Part shown: in pieces, positions 19,441 to 29,000 of the stretch | Layout of the letters: every line of letters starts with the position of its first letter | Numbering within the stretch: position 1 is the first letter of the stretch | Assembly: GCA_963747235.1 (NCBI GenBank) | Contig: CAVVEU010000008.1 | Coordinates: 64,001-128,000 of the forward strand | Direction of reading: 5' to 3' | Length of the DNA: 64,000 bases | From: an uncultured Candidatus Rokubacteria bacterium | Lineage (GTDB): Bacteria; Methylomirabilota; Methylomirabilia; Rokubacteriales; CSP1-6 | The notes under the pieces: generated by a model | Seen by the model: the letters and a program-made list of their open reading frames with translations, nothing else | Database searches by the model: none | What the model was told of the DNA's origin: nothing | Translations under genes and position numbers: made by a program

Positions 19441-19494
19441 GTCCTCCGCGGGGCGGTTGCGCAGCCCCGACCCCTCTGCTACGGTCTGGCGGTC

Positions 19495-19670
19495 CATGGT
19501 GTCCGGGCGGCCCGCCGGGTGCGGGCCCCAGGGAAGGCGGTGCGAATCCGCCGCGACCCCGTCACTGTAATCGGGAACGAAACCCGCGATCGGCCACTGC
19601 TCCGGCCCCAGCCGGATCGGGAAGGCGCGGGGAGTAGGACGATCCGAGAGCCAGGAGACCTGCCCGGACG
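19495..19670 (+). ncRNA. Cobalamin riboswitch (upstream of cobU)
   Basis: AGGGAA-GGCGGTGCGAATCCGCC-..GTCACTGTAA..GCCACTG..GGGAAGGC..AGCCAGGAGACCTGCC; RBS-sequestering hairpin CGGTCCTC/GAGGACCG at 19684-19703. Confidence 0.95.
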
Positions 19671-19705
19671 CTGCCACCCACGCCGGTCCTCGAGGGAGGA
19701 CCGAG

Positions 19706-20281
19706 GTGACGGCCGTGCATTCCTCGCATCTCGTGCTGGGCGGCGCCCGCAGCGGCAAGAGCCGCTACGCGGTCGAGCAGGCGGCGCAGTCCGGCCGCCG
19801 CGTGGCTTTCCTGGCGACCGCCCGCGCGGCGGACGGCGACATGGCCGCGCGCATCGCGCGCCACCGGGCCGAGCGCCCGGCCCCGTGGACCACGCTCGAG
19901 GAGCCGCAGGATCTGGTGGCCGCCTGCCGGCGCGCCGCCACCGCCCATGACGTGATTGTCGTGGACTGCGCCACCGTCTGGGTCGCCAACCTCATGGAGC
20001 GCGGCGACGACGACGCGGCGGTGCTGGCCGCCGCGGACGACCTGGCCAAGCTCCAGCGCGAGCGCGTGGTCTCCCTCCTCATCGTCTCGAACGAGGTGGG
20101 CGAGGGCGTGCATCCCTCGACCGAGCTCGGCCGCCGCTACCGCGACCTCCTGGGCTTCGTCAACCAGCGCCTGGCCGCGGCCGCCGATCGAGTGACCTTG
20201 ATGGTGGCGGGCATTCCCGTGGCGGTGAAGGACACGGCGCCCCCGCCGACGCGCCGTGAGCCGACGCATGAAGCTCCCTGA
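19706..20281 (+). CDS. cobU: Adenosylcobinamide kinase/adenosylcobinamide-phosphate guanylyltransferase
   Basis: LGGARSGKS, RIARHR..R, SNEVG.G, YRDLLG..NQ. Confidence 0.95.
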   Translation: MTAVHSSHLVLGGARSGKSRYAVEQAAQSGRRVAFLATARAADGDMAARIARHRAERPAPWTTLEEPQDLVAACRRAATAHDVIVVDCATVWVANLMERGDDDAAVLAAADDLAKLQRERVVSLLIVSNEVGEGVHPSTELGRRYRDLLGFVNQRLAAAADRVTLMVAGIPVAVKDTAPPPTRREPTHEAP

Positions 20282-21332
20282 CATCATTCCGCTGCCGGAC
20301 CGCGGCGCCGAGCTCGAGGCGCGTCGCCGCCTCGATCAGCTCACCAAGCCGCCCGGGAGCCTGGGGCGGCTCGAGGAGCTCGCGGTGCGGCTCGCGGGGA
20401 TCACGGGCATCTGTCCGCCGCCGCTCCGCGACCCGGTGATCTTCACGCTCGCGGGTGACCACGGCGTGGTCGCGCAGGGGGTGAGCGCCTATCCCCAGGT
20501 CGTCACCGCGCAGATGGTGGAGAACTTCCTCCGCGGCGGCGCGGCGGTCAATGTCCTCGCGCGCCACGCGGGCGCGCGCGTCGTGGTGGCGGACCTGGGC
20601 GTGGCGGTGCCGCTGCCCCGGCATCCGGATCTGCGCGACTGCAAGGTGGCGCCCGGCACCGCGGACATGACCCGCGGGCCCGCGATGACGCCCGCGCAAT
20701 GCGCGCGGGCGATCGAGGCCGGCATCGCGCTGGTGGAGGCCGAGCGCGCCCGCGGCGCGGACCTGATCGGCACCGGCGAGATGGGGATCGGCAACACCAC
20801 CGCGGCCAGCGCGATCGTGGCCGCCCTCACCGGGGCCTCGCCGGAGAGCGTCACCGGCCCCGGCACCGGCGTGGACGCGGCGGGCCGGCGGCGGAAGGTC
20901 GAGGCCATCCGGCGCGCGCTGGCGGTGAACCAGCCCGATCCGGCCGACGCGCTCGACACGCTCGCCAAGGTCGGCGGCTTCGAGATCGCCGGGCTCGTGG
21001 GCGTCATCCTGGCCGGGGCCGCGGCCCGCCTGCCCGTGGTGCTCGACGGCTTCATCGCCGGCGCGGCGGCCCTCGCGGCCGTCCGGCTCCGACCGGAGGC
21101 GCGCGGCGCGCTCCTCGCCGCGCACCGCTCGGCCGAGCCGGGCCACGCCCGCGTCCTCGAGGCCCTGGGCCTCGAGCCGTACCTCGACCTCGGCCTGCGC
21201 CTGGGCGAGGGGACGGGCGCGGCGCTGTGCATCGGTCTGGCGCGCGCGGCGGTCGGCGTCCTGACCGACATGGCGACCTTCAAGTCCGCCGGCGTCTCGG
21301 ATCGCCCGGACGTCCCCGGCGCGCGATCGTGA
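20268..21332 (+). CDS. cobT: Nicotinate-nucleotide-dimethylbenzimidazole phosphoribosyltransferase
   Basis: LTKPPGSLGRLE, DHGV, GEMGIGNTT, GGFE, LRLGEGTGA. Confidence 0.96.
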   Translation: MKLPDIIPLPDRGAELEARRRLDQLTKPPGSLGRLEELAVRLAGITGICPPPLRDPVIFTLAGDHGVVAQGVSAYPQVVTAQMVENFLRGGAAVNVLARHAGARVVVADLGVAVPLPRHPDLRDCKVAPGTADMTRGPAMTPAQCARAIEAGIALVEAERARGADLIGTGEMGIGNTTAASAIVAALTGASPESVTGPGTGVDAAGRRRKVEAIRRALAVNQPDPADALDTLAKVGGFEIAGLVGVILAGAAARLPVVLDGFIAGAAALAAVRLRPEARGALLAAHRSAEPGHARVLEALGLEPYLDLGLRLGEGTGAALCIGLARAAVGVLTDMATFKSAGVSDRPDVPGARS

Positions 21333-22239
21333 CCGGCCCCGTGACCCGGCTGCTCGCCGTGCTCGCGCTGACGGGCCTCCTGCTGCCCCGCGGCGGCCGT
21401 CGCCCTCACCGTCACCGACCAGACCGGCCGGCGCGTCGTCCTGCCGGCGCTGCCCGCGCGGATCGTCTCGCTCGTGCCCAGCGTTACCGAGACCGTGTTC
21501 ACGATCGGCGCCGAGGACCGGCTCGTCGGCGTCACCGACTTCTGCGACTACCCGCCCGCGGCCCGGCAGAAGCCCAGCATCGGCGGCATGATCTCGCCGA
21601 GCCTCGAGGGGATCGTGGCGCTCAAGCCGGACCTCGTGGTCGCCACCACCGCGGGCAATCGACATGAAACGTTTGATCAGCTGGCCCGGCTCAAGATCCC
21701 GGTTTACCTGGTCAATCCGGTTGCCGTGCATGACGTGCTCGATCTGATCGCCCGGCTCGGTCGCCTGACCGATCGCCCCGAGGCGGCGGACCGCGTGGCG
21801 GCCGGGCTGCGCGAGCGCATCCAGGCCGTCTCGGCGCGCGTGGCCGGCCGGCCGCGTCCCCGCGTGCTCTACGTGCTCTGGCCGGACCCGCTCATCGTGC
21901 CCGCGCGCGGGTGCGCTCGTCTCCGAGCTGATCGCCCTGGCCGGCGGCGACTCGGTGACCGCCGACGGGGGCCAGGGCTACCCGCGCTACAGCATGGAGG
22001 CGGCGCTGGCGCGGAACCCCGAGGTCATCCTGATCGCGAGCCACGACGCGACGCGGAGCCCGCTCGTGCGGGCCAAGTGGGAGCGCTTCACCCAGGTCCC
22101 GGCGGTCAGCGCGGGGCGGCTCCACACGGTGGACGGCAACCTGATGCATCGCTACGGCCCGCGCATCGTGGACGGCCTCGAGGTCCTGGCGCGGCTGATC
22201 CACCCCGAGGCCTTCGACAAGGCGGCGGCGGCGCGATGA
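21329..22239 (+). CDS. btuF: Cobalamin ABC transporter substrate-binding protein (frameshifts near 21395 and 21910)
   Basis: RIVSLVPSVTE, VGVTDFCDYP, E.IVALKPDLV, V..GRLH.VD..HRYGPR. Confidence 0.85.
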
Positions 22240-23265
22240 CCCGGCCGTCCTCCGCCTCGGGCGCCCGGCTCACGGTGCTGCTGGTCGGGCTCGGCCTCGT
22301 GGTGGTGGTCGTCGGCGATCGGCGCGCTCTTTCTCGGCAGCGCGCGGGTGCCGCCGGGAGACGTGCTGGCGGTGCTCACCGGCCGCGTCCGCGGCGTGGA
22401 TCAGGTGGTCGTCCTGAGCCTGCGCCTGCCGCGCATCCTGGCCGCCCTGCTCGCGGGCGGCGCGCTCGCGGTGGCGGGCGCGGGCTTCCAGGCCCTCACG
22501 CGCAATCCCCTGGCCGAGCCCTCGGTGCTCGGGGTCTCGAGCGGCGCCGCGTTCGGGGTGATCGTGGCGCAGGTGTTCGGGCTGGGCGGCGGGCTCGTGG
22601 AGGCGGTGGGCATCGCGGCCTGCGCCTTCGCCGGGGCGCTGGTCGCGGGCCTGGCCGTGTACGCGATCGCCTCGCGGGGCGGCGGCCTGCCCGTGCACAC
22701 GCTGCTGCTGGCCGGGGTGATCGTCGGCATCTTCTTCTCCTCCGCCATCACCGTGCTGATCTCGGTCCTGGACTTCGACCGCCTGGGCGGCGTGGTGCAC
22801 TGGCTGCTCGGCAACCTGGGACCCATCGCGCCGGGTAGCCTCGCGGTCTTCGCGACGCTGACCCTGATCGGGCTCTGGCTCGTCGTGGCGCAAGCCCGCC
22901 CGCTCAACCTCCTCGCGCTCGGGGAAGAAAGCGCCCAGCAGCTCGGGGTGGACGCCGAGCGGCTCAAGCGCCGCGTCTTCGCGGGCGCCGCGCTCCTGAC
23001 CTCGGCGGTGGTGGCCTTCGTGGGCCCCATCGGCTTCGTCGGGCTGATCGTGCCGCAGGTCATCCGGATGTTGTGCGGGCCCGACAATCGCGTGGTGATC
23101 CCGGCGGCGGTGCTGGGCGGCGGCGCCTTCCTGCTGCTGGCCGACACGCTCGCGCGCAACGTGGTCGCGCCCGCCGAGCTCTCGGTGGGGGTCATCACCG
23201 CGTTCTGCGGGGCGCCGTTCTTCATCTACCTGCTCCGCGCGCGCGCGCCCGAGGCCGGGCTATGA
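22236..23265 (+). CDS. btuC: Cobalamin ABC transporter permease, FecCD family (frameshift near 22315)
   Basis: LRLPRI, RNPLAEP..LGVSSGA, LGEE.A..LGV, GPIGFVGL. Confidence 0.88.
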
Positions 23266-24065
23266 CGGCCCCGCTCGTCGCGTGCGAGCGCGTGGGCTTC
23301 GCCTACCCGTCCGCCGCCGCGGGGGCCTTCGCCATCCGTGACCTGTCGTTCGAGGTGCGGCCGGGCGAGACCTTCGGCGTCATCGGCCCGAACGCCTCCG
23401 GCAAGACGACCCTGGTCCGCCTGCTGTCCAAGGTCGTGGCGCCCTCATCCGGCCGGATCCGCCTCGACGGCGCGGACGTGGCGGGGCTCTCCGGCGCCCA
23501 GGTGGCGCGACTGGTCGCGGTCGTGCCGCAGGATGTGCCGCGCGGGTTTCCGCACACGGTCGAGGAGCTGGTCCTCATGGGCCGCTACCCGCGCGCGCCG
23601 CGCCGCTTCTTCGAGAGCCCCGAGGATCGCGCCGCCGCCCGGCGCGCCATGGAGGCGGCCGGCGTGCTCGAGCTCCGCGAGACCCTGCTCGACCGCCTGA
23701 GCGGCGGCGAGCGCCAGCGCGTGATGCTGGCGCGGGCCCTGGCCCAGGAGCCGCGTCTGCTCGTGCTCGACGAGCCCACCGCGCATCTGGACCTGCGCTA
23801 CCAGGCCGAGTGCGCCGGGCTCCTGCGACGGCTCGGGCGCGAGGCAGGGCTGACCATCGTCCTCGTCTCGCACGACCTGGGCTTTGCGGCCGAGCTCTGC
23901 GACCGCCTGCTGCTGCTGGCCGGCGGTGTGGCGGTGCGGGTGGGCCCGCCCGAGTCCGTCATCGACGAGGCGGTCCTCGAGTCCGCTTACGGCTGCCGCG
24001 TCCTGGTCGACAAGCACCCGATCAGCCGCCGCCCCACCGTCCACCTCGTGTACCCGACGAGCTGA
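23262..24065 (+). CDS. btuD: Cobalamin ABC transporter ATP-binding protein
   Basis: GPNASGKT, LSGGERQRV, LVLDEPT, SHDL. Confidence 0.9.
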   Translation: MTAPLVACERVGFAYPSAAAGAFAIRDLSFEVRPGETFGVIGPNASGKTTLVRLLSKVVAPSSGRIRLDGADVAGLSGAQVARLVAVVPQDVPRGFPHTVEELVLMGRYPRAPRRFFESPEDRAAARRAMEAAGVLELRETLLDRLSGGERQRVMLARALAQEPRLLVLDEPTAHLDLRYQAECAGLLRRLGREAGLTIVLVSHDLGFAAELCDRLLLLAGGVAVRVGPPESVIDEAVLESAYGCRVLVDKHPISRRPTVHLVYPTS

Positions 24066-24116
24066 AACCAAAACGGGAGGTGATAAGAGCCAAATCCAGA
24101 GTAAACACGGCAAACA

Positions 24117-24296
24117 GATCGCAGATCAAGGGAAGCCGGTCCCGGCCAACGTCAGGGCCGAAGCCGGCACGGTCCCGCCACTGTAAGTGGGGAGTCTCGC
24201 CCGATCCCGTATGGGAGCCACTGGGCCGCCCGAGGGGGCGCCTGGGAAGGCCGGGCCACGACGCCGATCCACGAGTCAGGAGACCTGGCTGCGATC
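24117..24296 (+). ncRNA. Cobalamin riboswitch (upstream of btuB), structurally atypical
   Basis: AAGGGAAGCCGGT..GCCGGCACGGTCCCGCCACTGTAA..AGCCACTG..GGGAAGGC..AGTCAGGAGACCTG; closing helix GATCGCAG/CTGCGATC. Confidence 0.92.
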
Positions 24297-24334
24297 ACCG
24301 ACGCCAACCCCTTTCGAGGCAAAAGGAGTGGTCG

Positions 24335-26211
24335 ATGCGACAGCATCTCGTGTGGTTGCTGGTTCCTGATGGCGCCCCTGGCGGCGCATGCGCAGGAGCC
24401 GAAACGTGTGGATCCGGTGGTGGTGACGGCGACCCCGGTGGCGACTCCGGTCGAGCAGCTCGGGGCCTCGGTCAGCGTGGTGAACGGCGAGGACTTCCAG
24501 ACCTATCACTACCCGACCGTGGACGAGGCGCTCCGCAGCGTGCCCGGCGTGGAGATCCGCCGGTCCGGCGCTTACGGCAAGACCACGAGCGTGACCATCC
24601 GCGGGGCCAACGCCAACCAGGTGCAGGTCCTGGTGGACGGCCTGCGGGTGAAGAGCCCGACGCTCGGGCAGGTGGACCTCTCTGACATCTCGCCGGACCT
24701 GATCGAGCGCATCGAGGTGATCCGGGGCGCCCAGTCCACCCTCTACGGGGCCGACGCCATCGGCGGGGTGATCAACATCATCACCCGCAGGGGCAAGGGC
24801 GGGCCCTTCCAGGCCACGGTCCAGCAAGAGGTCGGCAACTACGACACGCTGGTCTCGCGCGCCACCGTCCACGGGGCGTGGAAGATCCTGAACTACGCGC
24901 TGTCCGCCTCGCACTTCGAGAGCAACGGCCAGTTCCAGAACGACGAGACCGACGACCAACGCGATCAGCGCGCGTATCGGGGCCACGCTGCCCTGGAACT
25001 CGACGCTCGACTTCGTCTTCCGCTACAACAAGAACGACGTCGGGGTGCCGGTGAAGGGGGTGTTCCCCGGCCCGCAGCCGATCAACCCGATCATCAACCG
25101 GAACGCCCGCTCGCAGTCGGAGACGACCATCTTCAGTCTCGAAGGCAAGACCCGGCCGGTGGAGTGGTGGGAGACCCGGGGCCGCATCGCCCGGTACGAG
25201 AACAGCGCGGGTTTTCAGGACCCGGTGGACCCCGGGGTGGACTTCGACTTTCCCATCTTCTCGCAGGTGAACGTGGAGCGGCGGGAGGCGGAGTGGGTCA
25301 ACTCGTTCTTCATCGGCAAGTGGAGCACGAGCAGCGTCGGGCTCGAGCATCGGCGCGAGATCGGGGAGAACCACAACACCTTCCGGGCGGTCAGCGAGAC
25401 CCAGTCGGTCTTCTTCGAGCAGCAGCTCCGCTTCTTCGAGCGGTTGTTCCTGACCGGCGGCTTCCGGGTCGAGGACAGTAGCGTCTGGGGCACCACCACC
25501 ACCGAGCGCGGCTCGCTGGCCTTCCTGATCAAGGAGACGGGCACCCGCCTGCGGGGCAGCGCGGGCACCGGCTTCCGGGCCCCGACCTTCAACGATCTCT
25601 TCTTCCCGGGCTTCGGCAACCCGGACCTGCAGCCGGAGGACAGCCTCTCCTACGACTTCGGGGTGGACCAGAAGCTCTGGAACAACCGGATCCGGCTCGG
25701 GCTCACCTATTTCCAGAACGAGTTCAAGAATCTCATCACCTGCTGCAGGCCACACCCCACCGCGCCGTTCGGCGGGCCCTTCAACGTGGGGCGCGCCCGC
25801 AGCGCGGGCATCGAGTTCACCGGCGAGGTGGACGTGCTGCCGAACCTGGTCGCCTCGCTCAACTACACCTACACGGACTCGGAGAACCTGGCCACGGACC
25901 GGCCGCTGCCGCGGGAGCCGCGGCACCGCTGGAACATCGGGCTCACCTGGGAGCCGATCCCGAAGCTCTCGCTCTTCACCCAGGTCCACGTGGTGACCGA
26001 GCAGTTCGAGCCCATCGGCGAGGTGTATAACAGCGGCTACACGCGGGTGGACATCGGCGGGACCTGGCGCATCCTCGAGCGCATGGGGTGGCTCCAGAAG
26101 CTCGAGCTGACCGCGCGCATCCAGAACCTGCTGAACGAAGGCTACGCGGAAGTGCGCGGGTTCCCCGCGCTCGGCATCAACGCCCTGGTGGGCCTGCGGG
26201 CCTCGTTCTAG
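24335..26211 (+). CDS. btuB: TonB-dependent cobalamin receptor (frameshifts near 24365 and 24955)
   Basis: TonB box VVVTAT, plug IRG..VLVDG, IERIEVIRGAQSTLYGADAIGGVINI, GFRAP, C-terminal Phe; under a B12 riboswitch. Confidence 0.9.
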
Positions 26212-26221
26212 GAGCGCACGC

Positions 26222-26875
26222 ATGATCGTCGGGGTGTCCGTCGAGGTCGGGAGCGAGGCGGTGGTGGTGAGAAGCCACGAGCCGCTCCGCGTCCTGTCCT
26301 CGGCGGTGCACCTCGGCGGATTCGCCCAGGCCCGCGCGGTCGTGAACCTGCACGTGGGCAAGAACGATCCCTGCGCCGATCCGGCCGCCATGATCGGGGC
26401 GTTCGCCCGTCGCGCGGGGGTGCCGGCGCCCTGGGTCGGCCTGCTCACCGGCGCCTACACCGAGCGCGCGGTGCAGGCCCAGGAGGCCGCCGGCGGCTTC
26501 CACGCGCTGGCCGTCGTCACGGTGGGGCTCAGCAATCCGGTCGCCGCGGGCGCCTCGCCGGTGGCGACGTGGGTCGCCTCCACCATCAACACGATCGTGG
26601 TGGTGGACGCCGATCCGGAGCCGGCCGCGCTCGTCAACGCGGTGATCACCGCGACGGAGGTGAAGGGGCTGGCCCTGCGGGAGGCCGGCCTCCTGGCCGA
26701 CGGCGGCCGGGCCGCGAGCGGGACGTCCACGGACGCGGTGGTGATCGCGGCGACCGGTCGCGGGCCCGCGGCGCGCTTCGGGGGGCCCGCGAGCGAGATG
26801 GGCTGGGTGGTGGCGCGGGCGGTACGCCTGGCGCTCGACCGGGCCATCGCGGACTGGCAGGAGCGGCACCGGTGA
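26222..26875 (+). CDS. cbiZ: Adenosylcobinamide amidohydrolase
   Basis: LSSA..GG, GLLTGA, TVGLSN, TIN, ATEVK, SGTSTDAV. Confidence 0.88.
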   Translation: MIVGVSVEVGSEAVVVRSHEPLRVLSSAVHLGGFAQARAVVNLHVGKNDPCADPAAMIGAFARRAGVPAPWVGLLTGAYTERAVQAQEAAGGFHALAVVTVGLSNPVAAGASPVATWVASTINTIVVVDADPEPAALVNAVITATEVKGLALREAGLLADGGRAASGTSTDAVVIAATGRGPAARFGGPASEMGWVVARAVRLALDRAIADWQERHR

Positions 26876-27729
26876 TCGCGCGCGTCGGCGGCGTCATGCT
26901 GTCGGTGCTGCTCCACGCGGGGCTCATCGCCGGGCTGCTGGCCTGGTCCGCCGTGGACTGGACGGGCCCGCTCTTCGTGGACCTCGTGGAGCGCGCGGAG
27001 TCTCCCGGCTCGCCCACCGCGGGGCTGTCGCCGGCCCCGTCACCGCGTCCCGCGGCCCGGGCCGCCGGCGCCGCGCCCGCCCCGGCGCGCGCAGCGGTCA
27101 GGCCCGCGCCGGTCGCGCCCGCGGCCCCCGCTGTACCGGCTCCCGCTCCGACCCCGGTGGCGGCGGAGCCGGTGGCTCCGGTGGCCCCGTCGCCCCCGTC
27201 GGCTCCCACCCTCGCGGTCGAGCCGCTGGCCGCGCCACCCGCCGCGGCAATCTCGCCACTCGCCTCGTCGGCGCCCGCGGCCCCGGCGGAGGGACGCGGC
27301 GCGGCCTCCGACAGCGGCGCGGGCCCAGCGCCCGGGAGCGGGGCCCAGACGCGCGGCGATGCCGATCGAGGGGCCGGTGGCGGGGCGGGCTCGTCGGTCG
27401 CGCTCGCGACGCCGGGGACGGGCGGCGCGGGCGCGGCGCCGGCCGAGTACGGCCCGTACCTCCGGCAATTCCGCCAGCGCGTCCAGGAGAGTCTGGTGTA
27501 TCCGCTCGCGGCGCGCCGCCAGGGACTCGGCGGCACGGTGGAGCTGCACGTGTGGCTCGAGGCCACGGGCCGCGTGCGCGATGTCCAGGTCGCGCGCTCC
27601 TCGTCCCACGGCGTGCTGGATGACGCCGCGCTCGAGACGATCCGCCGCCTCGGGCCCGTGCCGTTCCCGGAGTCGCTGCCGCGCCGCCCCCTGCTGATCC
27701 GGATCCCGCTCGTCTACGAGCTGCGATGA
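26872..27729 (+). CDS. tonB: Energy transducer TonB
   Basis: SVLLH anchor, Pro/Ala-rich linker, YP..ARRQG..GTV, SS.HGVLDDAAL. Confidence 0.88.
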   Translation: MIARVGGVMLSVLLHAGLIAGLLAWSAVDWTGPLFVDLVERAESPGSPTAGLSPAPSPRPAARAAGAAPAPARAAVRPAPVAPAAPAVPAPAPTPVAAEPVAPVAPSPPSAPTLAVEPLAAPPAAAISPLASSAPAAPAEGRGAASDSGAGPAPGSGAQTRGDADRGAGGGAGSSVALATPGTGGAGAAPAEYGPYLRQFRQRVQESLVYPLAARRQGLGGTVELHVWLEATGRVRDVQVARSSSHGVLDDAALETIRRLGPVPFPESLPRRPLLIRIPLVYELR

Positions 27730-27733
27730 GCTG

Positions 27734-28669
27734 ATGACGCGGCTGGCGCTCGCGGTGGCGCTCGACCTCCTGGTCGGCGATCCGCCGAATCGCTGGCATC
27801 CGGTGGCGTGGATCGGCCGGCTCATCACGCTCGCCCGCGCGCGGGCGCCGCGCGCGCCCGATGACCTCGCCCTCTACGGCACCTTCCTCATCCTGATCGT
27901 GGCCGGTCTGGCCGCGGGCGGGACGCTGGTCGCGCAGGCCCTCCTGGGCGAGCTGCCCGGCCCGGCCGCGCCGCTCGCCCAGGCGTGGCTGCTGAAATGC
28001 AGCTTCTCGCTGAGCGGGCTCTTCACGGCGGTGGAGATCGTCCGCGGGCACCTGGTGGCGGGCGATCTCGCCGGCGCCCGGCGCCAGGTCGCCTGGCACC
28101 TCGTCAGCCGCGACACCACCGCGCTCGACGAGGGCGCGGTCGCCTCCGCCGCGGTCGAGTCGCTCGCCGAGAACCTCACCGACGGCGTCGTGGCGCCGCT
28201 CTGCTTCTACGTGGCCGGCGCGCTGCTGGGCGGGGTCGCGGGCGGGCTGGCGCTGGCGTGGGCCTATCGCGCGGTGAACACCGCCGACGCCATGATCGGC
28301 TACCGGCGGGACGAGCTCGAGTATCTCGGCCGCGCCACCGCGCGCACCGACGACGTCGCCAACTACGTGCCGGCGCGGCTGGCCGCCGCGGCGCTGGTCG
28401 CCGGCGCGTGGCTCGCGCGCGAATCCGCCGCAGGCGCGGCGCGCGTGCTGCGGCGCGACGGGCGCCGCACCGAGAGCCCGAACGCCGGCCTGACCATGGC
28501 CGCGATGGCCGGCGCGCTGGGCGTCACGCTCGAGAAGCGCGGGCTCTACCGCCTGGGCGATGGGCCGCCGCCTGATCCGGCCGCGATCGATCGCGCGATG
28601 CGGGTGGCGCGCTGGACCGGCGCGCTGTGCGTGGGCGCGGCCGCGCTCGCCCTGGTGGCGCGCCCGTGA
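27734..28669 (+). CDS. cbiB: Adenosylcobinamide-phosphate synthase
   Basis: GDP..HPV, VSRD, ESLAENLTDGVVAP, YRAVNTADAMIGY, SPNAG. Confidence 0.95.
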   Translation: MTRLALAVALDLLVGDPPNRWHPVAWIGRLITLARARAPRAPDDLALYGTFLILIVAGLAAGGTLVAQALLGELPGPAAPLAQAWLLKCSFSLSGLFTAVEIVRGHLVAGDLAGARRQVAWHLVSRDTTALDEGAVASAAVESLAENLTDGVVAPLCFYVAGALLGGVAGGLALAWAYRAVNTADAMIGYRRDELEYLGRATARTDDVANYVPARLAAAALVAGAWLARESAAGAARVLRRDGRRTESPNAGLTMAAMAGALGVTLEKRGLYRLGDGPPPDPAAIDRAMRVARWTGALCVGAAALALVARP

Positions 28670-28902
28670 GCCGCCGCCGCTCCCGGGCCATCATGCAGCA
28701 GGCCCCGGCTGACGGCCCCGACCGGAGGGATGCGCGTCCGCCGACCGGCGCGTGTGGGGCACACATCTGCACGGGCGCTTCGAGTCCGGCCCGTCCCGGC
28801 GCCACGTGCTGGACTGGGCGCGCGGCGGCCTACGGGCGCCTCGCGGACGCGCTCGACGCCGCGCTCGATCCTCGCGTGCTGAGCGACCTCGGCGTCACGT
28901 AA
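28666..28902 (+). pseudogene. cobQ: Collapsed cobyric acid synthase relic (N-terminal stub joined to C-terminal fragments)
   Basis: SRAIMQQ resembles CobQ N-terminal AIMxQG; shifted frame gives RPEGCASADRRVWGTHLHGRFE..RRHVLDW; end gives AYGRLADALDAALD. Confidence 0.75.
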
Positions 28903-29000
28903 GCGCCCGAATATTCTTCGCTCGTCCGGAGGCCGGGGGGTATCATTCTCTATCGCCGCCTGGCTCTATCGCCGCCTGGCAGCCGCGGCGTTTTCTGTCT

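Noticed and set aside
11190-26211. Programmed ribosomal frameshifting or phase variation explaining the split genes
   Set aside because: Break points show no shared slippery sequence or long homopolymer and affect unrelated genes.
27020-27440. Low-complexity GC-rich repeats in tonB, the SPOR linker and 63500-63720
   Set aside because: Ordinary Pro/Ala-rich linkers without a discrete repeat unit.
28752-29000. Apparent 83-aa N-terminal extension of ArgRS
   Set aside because: It is the cobQ relic plus intergenic DNA that happens to be in frame; ArgRS similarity starts near the TTG at 29001.
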